A DNA stretch of 64,000 nucleotides from Daphnia carinata (lineage: Eukaryota), in contig NC_081331.1 of the NCBI RefSeq assembly GCF_022539665.2, positions 7,440,001-7,504,000 of the forward strand, given 5' to 3'. Both the position numbers and the translations under genes were made by a program. The notes under the pieces were generated by a model. The model did not search any database and had not been told where the DNA came from. It worked only from the letters and a program-made list of their open reading frames with translations. Below, in pieces: positions 12,158 through 26,265 of this stretch (its first letter is position 1; each line of letters begins with the position of its first letter).

Positions 12158-13061
12158 TGTAGTTGGCAACGAGAAGGCGCCGGATCCGATTTTGTTGAGA
12201 AACCAGCAATGGTTCACACACTTTTGAATGTAACGAGAGAAGAAAAGGCGCCTGAGGAGAAATTCGACCAGAAATTGAAAATAACCAACTCGCCTTCGAA
12301 TACAGTCCAGGAAAATAATACCCCAGAAAGGGACTTCGTCAACAAATCAGACATGATTTCTACATTCTCGGATGTTCAGGATGAAGAATAGGTACCGGAG
12401 AGGAAATTTGAACAGAAATCTAAAATGGTTCAAGCACTGCCGGACACAGATGCCAGCGAAAAATTAGCCGATGTGGGCTTCGACACTGGATTAGAAAAGG
12501 TTGACATATTTTCGAACGTTGCTGACAAAGTAACGACGAAAGAGGACCAGGTTGCTGACAAAGTAACGACGAAAGAGGAACTGAGCCAGAAATTCGAAAT
12601 GTTCCTGAAATTTCGGATGTAATTGGCAGAAAAAAAGCCGCGGACGTGAATTTTGATGCTGGGCTAGGGATGATTCCCATACTCTCTATAGTGGATACAG
12701 TATAGACACCGACTCGAACCTGAAATCTGAAATAGTACCTTCATTGAATGATGTAGTTGGCAACGAGAAGAGGCCGGATCCCGATTTTAAGGAGAAACGA
12801 GAAATGGTTCGCAAACCCTGGAATATAACCTACAAAGAAAAATCATCGGTAGACATTGACCAGGACTCAGAAATGACACACTTGTCTCAGAACATTAAGA
12901 AACCGTTTGCCGACTTTAATGAGAAATCAGAAATGATTAGAAAAACCATTCGGGAATTTGTCGAGGACGAGGAAACAGTGGAGAAGATTGCAACCCAGAT
13001 AAAAGAAATAGAAGCAGCAATGGTTTTATTAAAACTTTCCAGAACAAACGTGCCAGCGTAA
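12158..13061 (+). pseudogene. Disrupted 3' continuation of the repeat-protein gene
   Basis: The same repeat vocabulary continues through frameshifts and an in-frame TAG (12389-12391). An internal duplicated block NDVVGNEK.PDP occurs at ~12153 and ~12747, and a 33-bp tandem duplication at 12518/12551. Confidence 0.6.
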
Positions 13062-14088
13062 ATCATTGTGTCTGAGATATTTGTGCACAAAAAAAAACAT
13101 TTCGGAAAGATGATAACATTAAATATAAACCCTTCATGTATGAAACAACAAAAAATACAAATAAATTATAAAAAATAACATTATGTTTACCATATTATTT
13201 AGTTATAGCTAACAATGTAGAATAATACGCAGTTTCCGAAAGGGGTGAAGAGTATGTCCCCATTTTAGCTTTCGAAAAAAAAAAACAACACAAAAATAGC
13301 TTTTGATATAGGCAACAGTCTTTTAGTTATCTAGACAAACCTGCACGCGTAGTTGTCTGTGTCAAGACAGTCGAACAAGATAGATTACTCACCATTAAAT
13401 ATTGACCTAGGGATGTCAAGTCACGATCTATGATTGAAGCACGAAAGCTTCAATAATGGATCGTTACAACTATGTGAGATACCAGTAATTAACTTTTCCA
13501 AAGTGAACTTACTAACCGAAGACACCATTTGCACCCCTATAAACTAAGTATAAGTAAATTCGTTTCAAAAAGTATTTCCTTGCGAAATTTAGGGATAATA
13601 GTTTACTGCCCCAATAATTTTTATCATTATCTGTCTAAAAACCATCACAAATCATAATTCTAAAAATGGAATTCGATTTAAGTATATAATGATGCGCTGT
13701 TACGATTCAATCACTTGGTCCTTGCAAGAATCGACTGCATTGGCAGTGAACGCGTGCTTTTTAAGTTACTTAGAGGATGTCATACAATATTTAAAAAACC
13801 ATTGATGGTCAGCCGATCGCGCAGATTTGTCACAGAGCACGATAGAGGCCTTATATTGTGACTATGAATGCCAGTAAACAGGACAACGTAGCATTTCAGT
13901 TCTATTATTAATACCATTTTAAACGGCACAAGAGGGGCGTCATCTTACTTTCTATTAACCTTACACCGGCAATGGAAAATATATCAAAGATTTAGGACAA
14001 AGATTCGAGAAAGTTAAATGACGTTCAGCTGTTTCTCGAGCTTCATTTCATCTTTTTCGCCCCAGATGGAACCATAAGTTTCTTTTCT

Positions 14089-17000
14089 TCATGGCGATGC
14101 AGAATCATTAAAACAGCCACTGCTCCGAGCTTTCGAAACAGGTGTGGAGGTAGTACCAGGAGGTAAAGAAGTGCGCGCACCGTCTGAATTTTTGTTAGCC
14201 ATAAGGCCGATGGGTACCGGAAGAGGTTTTATAACACGCGGGCCTGATGGGGCGCCTCTGCGGGTTTTCTTCCCAGGCATCCCTTCTTCCGTTTTCGACT
14301 TTCGACTTCCCTGGTGGGCAGGACCAACAGGTCTTAAGCGGGGTCTCCCCGGGCGACGTCTAACCGCAGGACCAGCTGAAATATCTTGTTGTCCTGTAGG
14401 CATTTCCTCCCCTAGGATAAAAACATTGTTACAAACAAAATAGGGTACAACAAAATAGAACAAAATAAAGGAAGGCAAAATAAAAAAGAATAACGTAAAA
14501 AAGGAAAACAAATAATAAAACTAATTAATAAAATATTTTAAAAATACGAATAAACCAACAAAAAACAACAGTACCACAACAGAAGTAAATATGATTAAAA
14601 AACGAAAATAATACCATTGTTGCTAGAGATATCAGATAGACGATTTGTGGCTTCCGGACTCAAAAAACCTATTTCGTTAGCCAAATTTGCTTTCACAGAT
14701 TCACGATTTGCCCCAGACGACGAAGCCATTATTAGAGACCGTTTTCCAGATCCCGGAGGACGTCCTCGTCTCCCGGTTCCTCGGTTTGGTCGGGAACGTT
14801 GTCTCCCAGGAATTAGTGGGGTGAAACGGCCAACACCTGAATATAAAATTATCATAATTGTTTTCCTTCCTTCGACCGTTCGGTTTGTAGTTAAGTTGCC
14901 TGCTGGATCCACTAGTCCGCTGTCGTCGACTATTAATGATCCGTCGTTGGACGTTTCATCGAAACGAAATCCACTTTGAGATGAGTGCTAAGTTCATGAA
15001 TAGGAATATCTTAGCGATTTCTTTCAACCTATGCAGAAATTAGCTTACCTCAGTAAGAGTGGGGCTGGCTGCCGGAGTATATTCTGTTGGTGTTGCGCTA
15101 CCCAGGCAGGTGCGTTTGGCATCCGGCACCTTAATGAGAACATTGAAAAAATTAGAAAATCACCAAACAATTTTGAATTTGTTCAAAGATTCATTGTACC
15201 GTAGAGGCCGCTCCTCCTGTGTACTTTCTTTTTCGTTCAGCTTCACGCTCCACTTCCTGTTGTTTCCTTTCTGCTTGCCGCTGACGATCTAAAAAAAAAA
15301 TTACGAAAAGTCTTACTATGCCGGCAAGAACGACAAGACTTTTTAGGAAAAAGTAAAATTACATTTTCTTTCTATTTCTTCGTCGTCCAAAAGTAGAGAG
15401 ACCACTTCTGTGGGTTTCAAAGTGTCGGGCTTAAAATTTCCACCAGAGATGACAATTTTCTGAATTTTGCTCTTTTCTCGCGCTCGTTGCAAGATGCGTT
15501 CTTCAATTGTTCCTTTGCAAATCAACCGATAGACCGTAACCTGTACCAATCGAAGAAAACGATAAAATACAAGCAACGCAATTAGATTTATAGATAACTG
15601 AACCTGCTTCGTTTGTCCCAGGCGGTGGGCGCGATCCATTGCCTGTTGATCGACGGTGGGGTTCCAGTCGCTATCGTAAAAAATAACCTGGAGAATAGAG
15701 TAGTAATAACCTATATATAAATTTTTTTTTCATAACTAAGCAATACAGTATCGGCAGCTGTCAAGTTAATGCCTAGACCTCCAGCTCGGGTACTCAAAAG
15801 GAAGACAAATATGTCGGATCTAGATTACGATACAGGAAATTGAAGATTAGCCACATCAGAAGAAAGAGAACAATTAGAAGATATACCTAGTCTGAAAATC
15901 AGCAACCATGTCCCGACGATCTGATATTTTGGACGATCCATCTAGCCTCATGTACGTCCACTTACGATGCCACATGTATTCCTGAAGAAACAATAAAATA
16001 AAAAATTAATAATGAAAAAGAAAATAAGTTTACAGACAATTAGAACGCAATATTTTTACGAACTTCTAATAAATCAATGATACGAGTCATCTGTGAGTAA
16101 ATTAAGACTCGATGGCCTTCATTTTTTAGCCGTCGTAGCAAACTATCCAGCACCTGTAGCTTGCCTGCATCACAAATTAGAGTCTCTTTGTCTGCAAAAA
16201 ACGAGTGGTTTATGGTTAACGTGTTTACGTCAATGTTTCCTTAAATTCACGAAGAAGAATTTACCTGGAAGAATCACGCTGGACCACCCATGCCTAGGCT
16301 TAGCTAGTTCAAGTCCACCACTGTATGACGTTTGGAAAATTGAAGGCGTTGGTTTGCTAACTGTAGCCGCTCCTTGAAGAATCAAACTTATCCCCTCACA
16401 ATTACGAGGGTGGGACAATTCTTCAAGCCAATAGGCTGCGCTTCGATCACTACATGTAACAGGAGAGCCACGGCAGTTTACCTGGAAAAGAAAACGTTGT
16501 ATCAGATCATTAACCAATTTGCTTTGGAAAGAACATGATACCTTTAAGACGGGGAGGGACAGCACCTGTGGCATGTCAGTCCACAAACATTTTAACGTCC
16601 GTGTGGGCCGTGCGGTAAACGAAAACTCAGCGGCCCCAATATTCTTAGCTTTCCGGCTGCGTAGAATTCTATGCTCCATCGTTTCTGGCATACTGTGAAG
16701 TACATGATCTAAATGGGCATAACCTGTTCCGACAGCTGACGTGAAGACGAAAGACGACAAAATGCTGCTAGACTTCACGGAAGGTGACGACAGGGCAAAG
16801 AGGGGTTGAACGAATAAATGAGGTTTTCCTTCATCTTTCCAAATGTGATTATGGTGGAGGTTTTCTTCAATCGCGAGAACGTCGTAATCATACTTTAAAC
16901 TTTAAAAATAGTACACAGTGCCAACTTCGATGTTAACAATGGAAAGGAATGAAATAATTACCTCGATAACACTCCGTTGTTCATAAGTGAAAACAGATCG

Positions 17001-17440
17001 AAAGGCGAATGTCCGATGAGGCGGCTAAACGATACGAAGCTATTAATGGTCACGGAGTCCATTACAGATCCCGGCGGGAACAGAGAATGATGGGTATATT
17101 CTGGGGTCCAGATGAAAAAACGACCCAACAACAAATGACGGTTGCTGGGGACGGTCGTACGTAAAAGCCCTTCTCGGAATAGGTGTTTAGGTAGAATATA
17201 TGCAGCAGGTTGGAAGAAATACGGAGATTTGGCCTCTCTTCTTTCAAATAATTCGGGATGGTTGCAAACCTGTCGATTTGGTACATAATTTTTACCTTAC
17301 AAAACGTAACATCAAACTTAAGTGACCTACTTTTCTAAACTGCATGACGAGATTCATAAGTGTTGTTGTGGCATTTTGGGCAGTTGCAGATGATCCACCC
17401 GTGTACAGCAAGTCATCTATACTAATTTTTCGTTTGAGCG

Positions 17441-17489
<49 letters not shown>

Positions 17490-20482
17490 ATAAATTAGAA
17501 CATCAACAAAACAAAAACCCTTATGGAAATATTGACAGATAAAAAAAAAGAAAAAAAAATTCCAAAATAAATTATAAAACAACAAAAGTCAAGTAAATAT
17601 ACACATGCATACAGAATCTTAAATCGAACAAGTGCAAAGATTAGAATACCTTGATACAGCATCCTCTGTCTATTGGTAAGTGGACAATACATCATAATCT
17701 CAATTTTGTCAGAGAGTTCGTTTTCGACGTCTTTTTTGACACGTCGTAACATGAACGGTTTAAGGATCATATGCAAACGAGATAAGTGTTTTTCATCGAT
17801 GCCTGTTTTGTTTTCTGCGTGAGACTCTATGTCTTTGGAAAACCATTCGTTGAACTCTTCGTGCGAATCAAACAAAGTGGGCATGATGAAATGCAGAAGA
17901 GCCCAAAGTTCAGCCATGCTATTTTGAATTGGTGTACCGGACAGAAGAAGTCTGTTACGACAATTAAATCCGAGTAGCATTTTCCAACGGGCGCTAGATG
18001 CGCTTTTAATGGCCTGCGCTTCATCCAGTACCATATACTGCCATTTGATACGATTGAAGTATTTATAATCGGTTACGATCAGCTGGTAAGACGTGACAAC
18101 TACGTGAAAACTGGCTTCTGGCGTATGTAAATTGCGAGTGTCCCAAAATTTCCGAAGAATTTTCCTTTCCTGAGGACTTCCCCAATAAGGGATGACTTTG
18201 AAGTTGGGAACGAAGCGTGCCAATTCTTGCTGCCAATTGTGTAAAGTTGAGGCCGGGGAGATGATGAGAAAAGGACCCCAAATTCCATACTGCTCGGCAA
18301 TGTGAGCCAAGAAAGCGATGGATTGTACAGTTTTACCCAAACCCATCTCATCCGCAAGGATGCCGTTAATGCCTTCGTCGTACAAGTTGGCAATCCAGTT
18401 CATACCTTTCAACTGATATGTTTTCAAAGACCCCTGAAATATTTTCGGTTGTGCGTGCTCCGGCCGTGCTTGAAATTTCGAGAAATTCACATTAATTGAA
18501 GACTAATCACGATACATAACTTCTACTTTCATACGTTGCGGTTCATTGTGTGGTAATCCTTCCGGCACGTCTTCATCATCAAACTGTTGTGTTTGCTGTT
18601 GATGCACATGAAACGCTGTGGTAACATTGTTCATTACGCGCTGTTTTGTTGCCTCAGCGTCATAATCATCAAGGTAAGCTAACTGTGAATTAACTTCTTC
18701 ATCAAGATGACCGAGAATTAAATCGTGCTGGGCAGCTGCATCGGGGTTTCCTGGTCAGCGTAGATAAGTAAATGTTAGACTATTTTTGGGAACGACGAAG
18801 ACGAAAACTAGTGATGACGACCAAAAGAAGAGAATACCGAGTTTTTTTGCCATGAAATGGGCGTAGAGTTCCGTTTGTGTGATGAGGAAATTTAGTTTTC
18901 GCTGTTGCCTTCTGGCCTCCATCAACTCAACGTCAAGCTTGCGCTGTTCCTCTGCCTCCTTTTCTGCTTGTCGACGTTGAACCTGTAAAAATTTTGAGAC
19001 ACGATGTTCTCACACATTCCTTGAGCACAATTACCCCTATACGTTGCTACGTATCATTGGTAAAATCGGTATCAATGAAATTTACCTTTTCAACTCGATC
19101 ATAACGTTTCCAGTAAGATTGCATTTCGCGTGTGAGCCTCTTAGCTCGCCAGACAATTTCTTTCATAGCTTTCTGTGACTGCATTGCGCGCAGACGGCAA
19201 ACACGCATGCAACCGGTTGCCGCCCGCTTGCAAGATACCAATTCTTCTTTGTGGTTGTTCATGCGAGCTTTAGATGCCTAAATAGAGTAAATAACATATT
19301 CGATTGAATTCAGTGCCATTTTAGTATTGCAGGAATTACCTTGCTTATTTCCTTCTTGCAAATAAGCAACCAAAGTTTTCGCCGCTGAGCAATTAGAGCT
19401 TTAACTGAAGGTGGCCCCTTTTCTTTCTTTGACTTTCCTTTCTTTTCTACTTTCTCTTTTTTTATTCGGTCCTTTTTTTTCTTTCCTTTTGGTGACGGTT
19501 GAGGAGATGGACTGAAAGGTGTAGGGGAAAGCGATGGAACCGGAGAGGGAGATTGTAGCCCACTACCTGTCTCCATAACATTTCGAAAGAGCCCTCCAGA
19601 TTCTTCAACGTCTGACTCAAAGCTGAAATCAGCTGTTTCCGGAAAATCAATTGGTTCTTTTTTTACAGTTGCAATCACAGATTTAAGAGGAACATCTAAT
19701 GTATCTTTTGTTTCCAAATTTGAAGGGCCAGGAATCCCAGGCTCAATTTTAACATTCAAAATCTTCATTTCAGATTCTTTTTCCTCATCAATTGTTTTCT
19801 TTTTCCTCCTTCTAATAAGTTTGGTTTCCTTGGGAATCAACTTATCTTTTTTATCAATTTCAGATTTTAACTCTTCACTTTTCAATATAGAAGATTTATG
19901 TTCAGGGTATATGTCTCTCTTAGAGAGAAGGCCAGCTGAGTAGTACATAAACTGTCGATTTTTTGTTGATGAATAAAATTTTGCTTGATATTTCTTTCTC
20001 AGACGATGTAAGTAGAGTAATTCATGAATTCCTTCCTCAACATGGTCTTCAGATTCAGACTCATTGGAGCTTGAATCACTAAGGAGTACATCTTTCAACC
20101 AAGCACGCTCATTTCCAACTTGTTCAAAGTTGTACAAGCGCAACTTACTTGTTAGCCTATCTGTAACAGCAGTTAGTACTTAAACTGCGTAAAGCAAAAA
20201 CATTTGTAATAGCCAACCTGATTTTGAAACAGGTAACCCATGCAGGAATTTAACATCTTCCGTCATTTTCACAGCAGGGTCATGGAAGCTGTCAGACGAG
20301 TCATCATCATCTCTGGGGATGTAAGAAACTTAGAATAAAAATAAATTTTTTCTGATAAAAATTGGGTACCTTCTTAAGGCTTCTTGAACCTGGTCAAGAA
20401 AAGGTTCCAAGCGTAGGCTTCTCTCTAATCTTTGTATATGAACTGGTTTCGCCAAATGTTGCTCCAAGTTGGTGGCAGCCAT
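14089..20482 (-). CDS. INO80: Chromatin-remodelling ATPase INO80 (multi-exon)
   Basis: N-terminus [30 protein letters not shown] region ([21 protein letters not shown]...[19 protein letters not shown]); SNF2 ATPase [29 protein letters not shown]; split-ATPase insertion; HELICc ([38 protein letters not shown]); C-terminal GRP AT-hook-like motifs. Internal exon borders were only partly traced. Confidence 0.96.
17443..17487. repeat. 45-nt poly(A) (poly-U tract at the 3' splice site of an INO80 intron)
   Basis: Uninterrupted A run directly adjacent to the acceptor AG of intron 17441-17649 (minus strand). Confidence 0.9.
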
Positions 20483-22357
20483 GATAAATTTGTAATCTTT
20501 CGGGTTATATAATTAGATGTATTCGTACTCGTGCATCAAACTTCAAGTCATGGCCACCAAATAAACTGATCCCTTTAACCAAAACCCAACGCTACATGCC
20601 ACTTTTACAGCACACAATTAATTTTTATGAGCCCCGATAAATCGTGTAAATGTACTTGTGTACCGGTATACTGTGGAAAACGACCATGGAATGCTCTTGG
20701 CCCGCCCTTGAAGGGGAGGAGTTTTCCATGACATACGCCACAACAGCAGCAGACGACAGTTGATTCAATGATAAGGCGCATTTTTGACGCAAGCTAAGGT
20801 ACATCTAAATTTTGTGATGGCCATTTTAGCGTGAATTAGAATTTTTAAAATTCACTTTAGCTGAAATCTTAAATTCATCTGTCCCAATTCGTTTTTTTAC
20901 TTCAGCTAAATGGAGGTACAGACCTCCATTCAGCTCTCCAATAGATCAGTTCCGGATGCTGCGTCGAAAACTTCTGCTGCTGCTTTAACTTTACTTAATT
21001 TTCATTAGGAAACTAGATACAACTTAATATCTAAAATTATAGTACAAGACGCAATGTCTTAAACTATAGTATTCCAGTATATTTTATTAATGGACAAAGT
21101 ATTAGTATGCTAAATAAATTGAGCCCCCCTCCCCTTTGTCCTATTCCATCTATTAAAAAAACTATTTTTGAGAAACACAATTCAGAAGGTTACGACGTAG
21201 TATACAGAAAGGTCTATTTCCTATTCGCCTCTACATTTTGGCTTCTCCTCTGTCATGTATTGCAATGTTGTGTGCGAAAAGCAGACGAAATAAACAAAGC
21301 AATCTGTAAGCAAATAATCAACCTTAACATAATCAACATTACTATAAATAATAACAACCAATCGCAAGTTTTCAACCGCGTGAAGCATTCTTCTCTTGTC
21401 TTTTATATTTAAGAACAAGTATGTACTATAATTGGTGACAACTTAGAAATATGACAGCTGCAACTATTAGTTATATTATGAACTTCATATTTCTCGCATC
21501 ACTTTCTTTTTATTCTCTCATTGTGTTTTCACCCATTACCCCCAGATGTCATTGTCTATTATTGTTGAGGCCGCTAGATTTTAGGTGGAGGCAGGGAGAC
21601 CAACCAAGCAAGATGTAGTCTCTCACTTCTCTTCTGTACGCCTAGCCGAGAGGGCTGTTAAGAGGCTGCTTCGATAACACTGGCTACCTCTCGCGTTAGT
21701 GTGAATTAATATATTTTCTCTGGTTTTGGGGAAATAAAGAATAAAAATATTATACATGAAATGATATTTGAAATTTTATTTAAATAAATTGAAAGATACT
21801 TAATGAAAATAGCGACAACTGTAATTTAAAATGATTTTAAGACATCGGTATTAGTACTATCTAAGATACTTTATGTTATTTCATTGCCAAACCTGTAAGT
21901 TTTCCTGGGTGTATTGTAGATTCTGTGACGGATATTTCTCGAAACGTGGGTTCAAATCCGATTTTGTGCACTACTTTTAATAGATTTTTAATAGATCAAT
22001 ATTTTTTCGTTACTTGTATCGAATCGTATCGATATATTGAAATTCATTTATTTCTAAGATTTTGCAAGAATTTTGAGAACAGATGGCACAATGGGATGGT
22101 ATGCGACTGACAACTTGGCGGTTAATGTTTGAATCCCAAAACCGACTAAAATTCTCGTTATTGTCTTGTTGTGTTAATTGCCAATATTCTTGTTATTTGT
22201 TTAGGATACGGAGTGGTTGGACTGTACGGAATCTGGTTAGGATAGTGCAGTGATTGGGAAGCAAATTTTAAATACGAAAACATTATGTAAACGTTAATAA
22301 GTAAACACAAGACAACATGTGCGTGAAAACATTATTGTATTTGCCAGTACACAAAAA

Positions 22358-24821
22358 CTATGCATTTTTGTTAAGAAAGAGCAAAACATCAAAGTGTTTG
22401 TGGTTAAGTCTGCTTCTTTTTTCACGCACTAGGTCCCCTGCTGCAGAAAAATGTTGTTTCGATGGAATCGATGTAGCTGGAATACAACTGTATTTTACTA
22501 CAACGGATATCATCAGAAGGAATATTCCGTCGTTCTTTTTTGTGCGTCAGGTTTGCAGCGGATCTTTTGACCCTGAAAGAAGCGGCAGTTTGTTGTATTC
22601 GTTGATGAGAATGATGTAGTTAGCTGCTGAGTTTAGCCCTTGGCCTCCTCGGTTGAGATTTAGCTGGGAAATACTGCTGTCGTGAAGGCAACGGATGTCG
22701 TCACTCGATATCCTACAAGGAGTGGACTGTTCGACGAAATCGTGACCGTCTTCACCATCAGAGTTAGCCAACCGTTTCAATTCCACGACAACCCTCTCTC
22801 TTCAGCAAAATCAGCCCCAGTGGTAGTATTATTTGGGGAAAGATATTCCTTCTTGAAGCTGAACATTGAAGGATTTATGAAAAATTTGAACTAAATTCAA
22901 TTTCTAAATTTGATTATACCAAGGATCGAGGTAGCTGGATAATACATCAGATGAGTTCTAATAGAAATCAACAATGCGGTCTTTCATCTTCAACCTCAGT
23001 GAACTGCACATCATCATAAGAATATGATTGAGCTGGCAATTGTTGGTTTCTTTGAGGTGCTCCTGCAGAAATCTGAATGAAGGAAGAACCTTGGAGATGG
23101 ATGGATAATACTGGGAACTTAACTCCTGAGTAAGGATATCGAATGGTTAAAGGAGAGATTTTGCACCAGCCAAGGTCTCCCGTTCCCAATCCGAAAGTTA
23201 TAAGTCCAGCTTATCTATCACTTTCAAAGTGTCCGTTACTGGTTGCTGAAGCTCTACAGGCAAATAAAAGGAAAAATATGTTTACTTCAAAATATGTATA
23301 AACAAATACCTGACAGGCTAAGAGCTAAATTGTAAATATATCTAAGAACATTTTGGAAATAAAAGAGGAATTAAGTAATCGAATCAATACCTAAAAGACT
23401 CTCGATCATTATTAATGTGGAATTCCATCGTACTGGCACCTCCTGTTGAAGCTTAGACTTCCTGCCACTGCAAAACACGTTGATCTTTAAAGTAGCTGAA
23501 CCGCTGTGGTGGAAGAAGCTGACAATATTCCGACATTTAGTCAAGATAGCTAAGAAAACAACAGACATTATTTCGGATTTTCAACTTAATTTTTAGTAGT
23601 CATACCTGAAAATTCACAGTAAGACTCAAAGTATGAGCGAAGCATGGAATATGCTTCCACTGCAAAACGCTAACGACAGCTCTCTTGATTTTGACTAAGT
23701 TGTCAGTGACAATGCCAGAAATTTTGTCAGCCAGAATGTTTCAGTTTTCTGTGATGGATTTAAGATATGCTGCAAAGTTAACCGATGTGTGACTGTTTTC
23801 AAGCACCAAGTTAGAAAGGATACGGTAAACCAATTTGAGCTTGTCGTTGACGAAATAACCAGTTACAGTCAGGTAACTGCCATTTGTTAACGAAGTCCAA
23901 CAGTCCGCTGTCAATGCTACGTGGTTTGAGATAGAAAACTCACCAATTAGCTTTGCCTTCGCCTCTGCATTCCGGTTGAAGTGTATCCGTCAGGGTTTTT
24001 CGGCAAGGCAAATTGATTCTCGGGTCGATGGTTTGATGAATGCACGAAAGTGCTCATCTTCCACCATGCTGAGAGTGTGCATTCCTCGAACGAGAAATAT
24101 CACCAGTGCCAGAAAAATCGCCTTCATCTGAGCACCATCCATTTGATAGAATTGAGAACCTGGCTCTGCCCTACCACCTATAAATTTGTTTCATTAATAT
24201 CACGATATCTGGATACTTAAAAGGATTTTAATCATACATCATACATAGTCGAAGTCGACGCTTCCGTTTCATCGATAGGAGACAAATTACTCCTTTGGGA
24301 TGAAGCCCGAGTTTCACTTGCTCCTTGTTGAAAAACACAATATGATAATTAACAAGTTATAACATGCCTAATTTAAATGTTTAATAACAAAAAATCAAGA
24401 AGCTATCAGTGCAAATTGATGAAATAGCGATTATAATGGGATTGCTGAGATCAAATTGAGTATAAAACGTATCATTGTTGAATGCGGTGCCAATATTTTC
24501 CAGTCGATGGGTTCCACGAACAGGATCAGCAATGTCCTCTTTGTGGCTATAGCTATGGCTATGGCTATTCTCATCGAGCAGTCGCGTGGGACGACAAGAT
24601 GAAGCCCTCTTCCTCTTCGGTGGGGGATACTTCTGGGGTTTCAGTGCGGCGTACTCCTCTTTATGTTTTGCGTCACCCGTTTCGAGATGAAACCAAAAAT
24701 TGGTGGTATTCCCTAGGTAGGGGATGACGGTTTTACATAGGTTGCACACCGTGAACTGTTTCCCATCCACTTCAACCTGGTTAAAATGTTTAAAAGTAGC
24801 ACTTATTTTCTTATTTCCCAT
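22358..24821 (-). pseudogene. hAT-superfamily transposase pseudogene with BED zinc finger (copy 1)
   Basis: BED finger (FKHF..VCNLCK..GNTTNFWFHL...H), VALTADCWTS, GIVTDN, CFAH, VPVRWNST and the C-terminal IPATSIPSKQHFSAAG dimerisation region are all present. There are several stops and frameshifts. Confidence 0.9.
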
Positions 24822-26169
24822 GGCAAGAAATTATTCAAGGCTTAGATGTAATATATAGTAACACAAGTATCAATGCAGACGCAAATTTTCACCCGAACAA
24901 CAAAAACAAACAAGTAAACAGCATTTATCATTTCGATTAATATTATTAAGGGTTTGAAGTTATCGCAGGACTCCGATAGAAACCACGAAAAAAAAGTTTA
25001 CAAACGAAGATATTTTTCAAAAATCTTTCCCCAACCCCTAATAATCTTTCTTCATATCGGAATGTATCGAATGATTAAATTCATCTATTTCGTAAATTGT
25101 TTACGTTTAAACATGTAAAAAGGCACAGTAGCAAGATGTTGGGATTGTAAGTCGTAGGACAAGGTTGAATTCCGGTAATCGTCTGATTTTGTAATCGAAA
25201 ATTTAGATGCCATGCACAAATATTTAAAAAACTTCAGTTATTTGAGACACATCAAAATTACAGATTATATTATGAAAAATCAGCATCGCTTAGTTTCATT
25301 TCAGAACCATTTCAACCAATTAATTCATTACAGATTTTCTGTAATTACAACATTGTGTTGGTGTCATGGATGTATTGTTAGAACGTCGTAATCGATTAAC
25401 AATGGATCGAAACTGAGATTTTTCTTTTTTTTTATTGTTTGTTTTATTTATCACATATATTGTTTTGTATTGAAATATATCGCTAATCTTTATCGAATAC
25501 AATATCAAAAAAATTTGAACAGATTAAAGTGTACAAAACAAGAAACGGGGCGTTTATGAAATGACAAAGATTGGTATCGGTCATAATTTACAGAAATTAT
25601 CTCTTTTATTGCATAAACATATTTGCTATCGTGGAATGTCGGAACAATCTGAGATTGAAATGTACAATACTCTGGCTTCTATATCTAGAAAGAAAATTAT
25701 TTTTATCTGTTTTATCTTTCTCTTTGTTTTCCGTATCGGTATGTACCGATATAGTGAATTTCACATTTAGTAGTTGTTGTTTATAAAATATAGACAATGT
25801 GGCGTAGTGGTAGAATCTGTGATCCATGTTTCTATTCCCACATAGTTTTTCAGAAAAATTGAGACAACTTTTCTTTAAAATCTTTTTCGGGTTTTAGATG
25901 TTGATGTTGATTAGATGTCAAAATTGATATTGAGTATTTATCTTTGGAGATCGTTTCCGGACAACAAGAATATTTTAGTCCCACGGCAATAAGATGTGGG
26001 TTGATGTACTAAAGATAAATATATTCATTCTAAATAACACAAGAACCAAATAGACGTAATATTTTACTCGATACACACCGTTCTAATACAAACGATCATG
26101 CCCCATTTCAAATAGAGTGGCTCATTGTAGTTTTATTCTTCACCAGTAGAAAGTGTTGAACCAATACAC

Positions 26170-26254
26170 CGATGTATCTGAATCGAAGCGAATCGGTATC
26201 GAGTACCTGAAATAGAGATGCGTCGCTGTATCGGTATCAGTATCCTCAACACTA
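26170..26254 (-). mobile_element. Candidate hAT terminus (TAGTGTTGAGGATAC...) with GTATCG/GATAC subterminal repeats
   Basis: The reverse complement of 26254 downward reads TAGTGTTGAGGATACTGATACCGATACAG, hAT-like. A matching opposite TIR and 8-bp TSD were not confidently found. Confidence 0.5.
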
Positions 26255-26265
26255 ATAAATACATG

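Noticed and set aside
21560..21756. Solo LTR (TG...CA) or left hAT TIR (TATTGTTGAGG, 10/11 match to the 26254 terminus)
   Set aside because: No matching TSD for either interpretation, and the TIR match stops after 11 bp.
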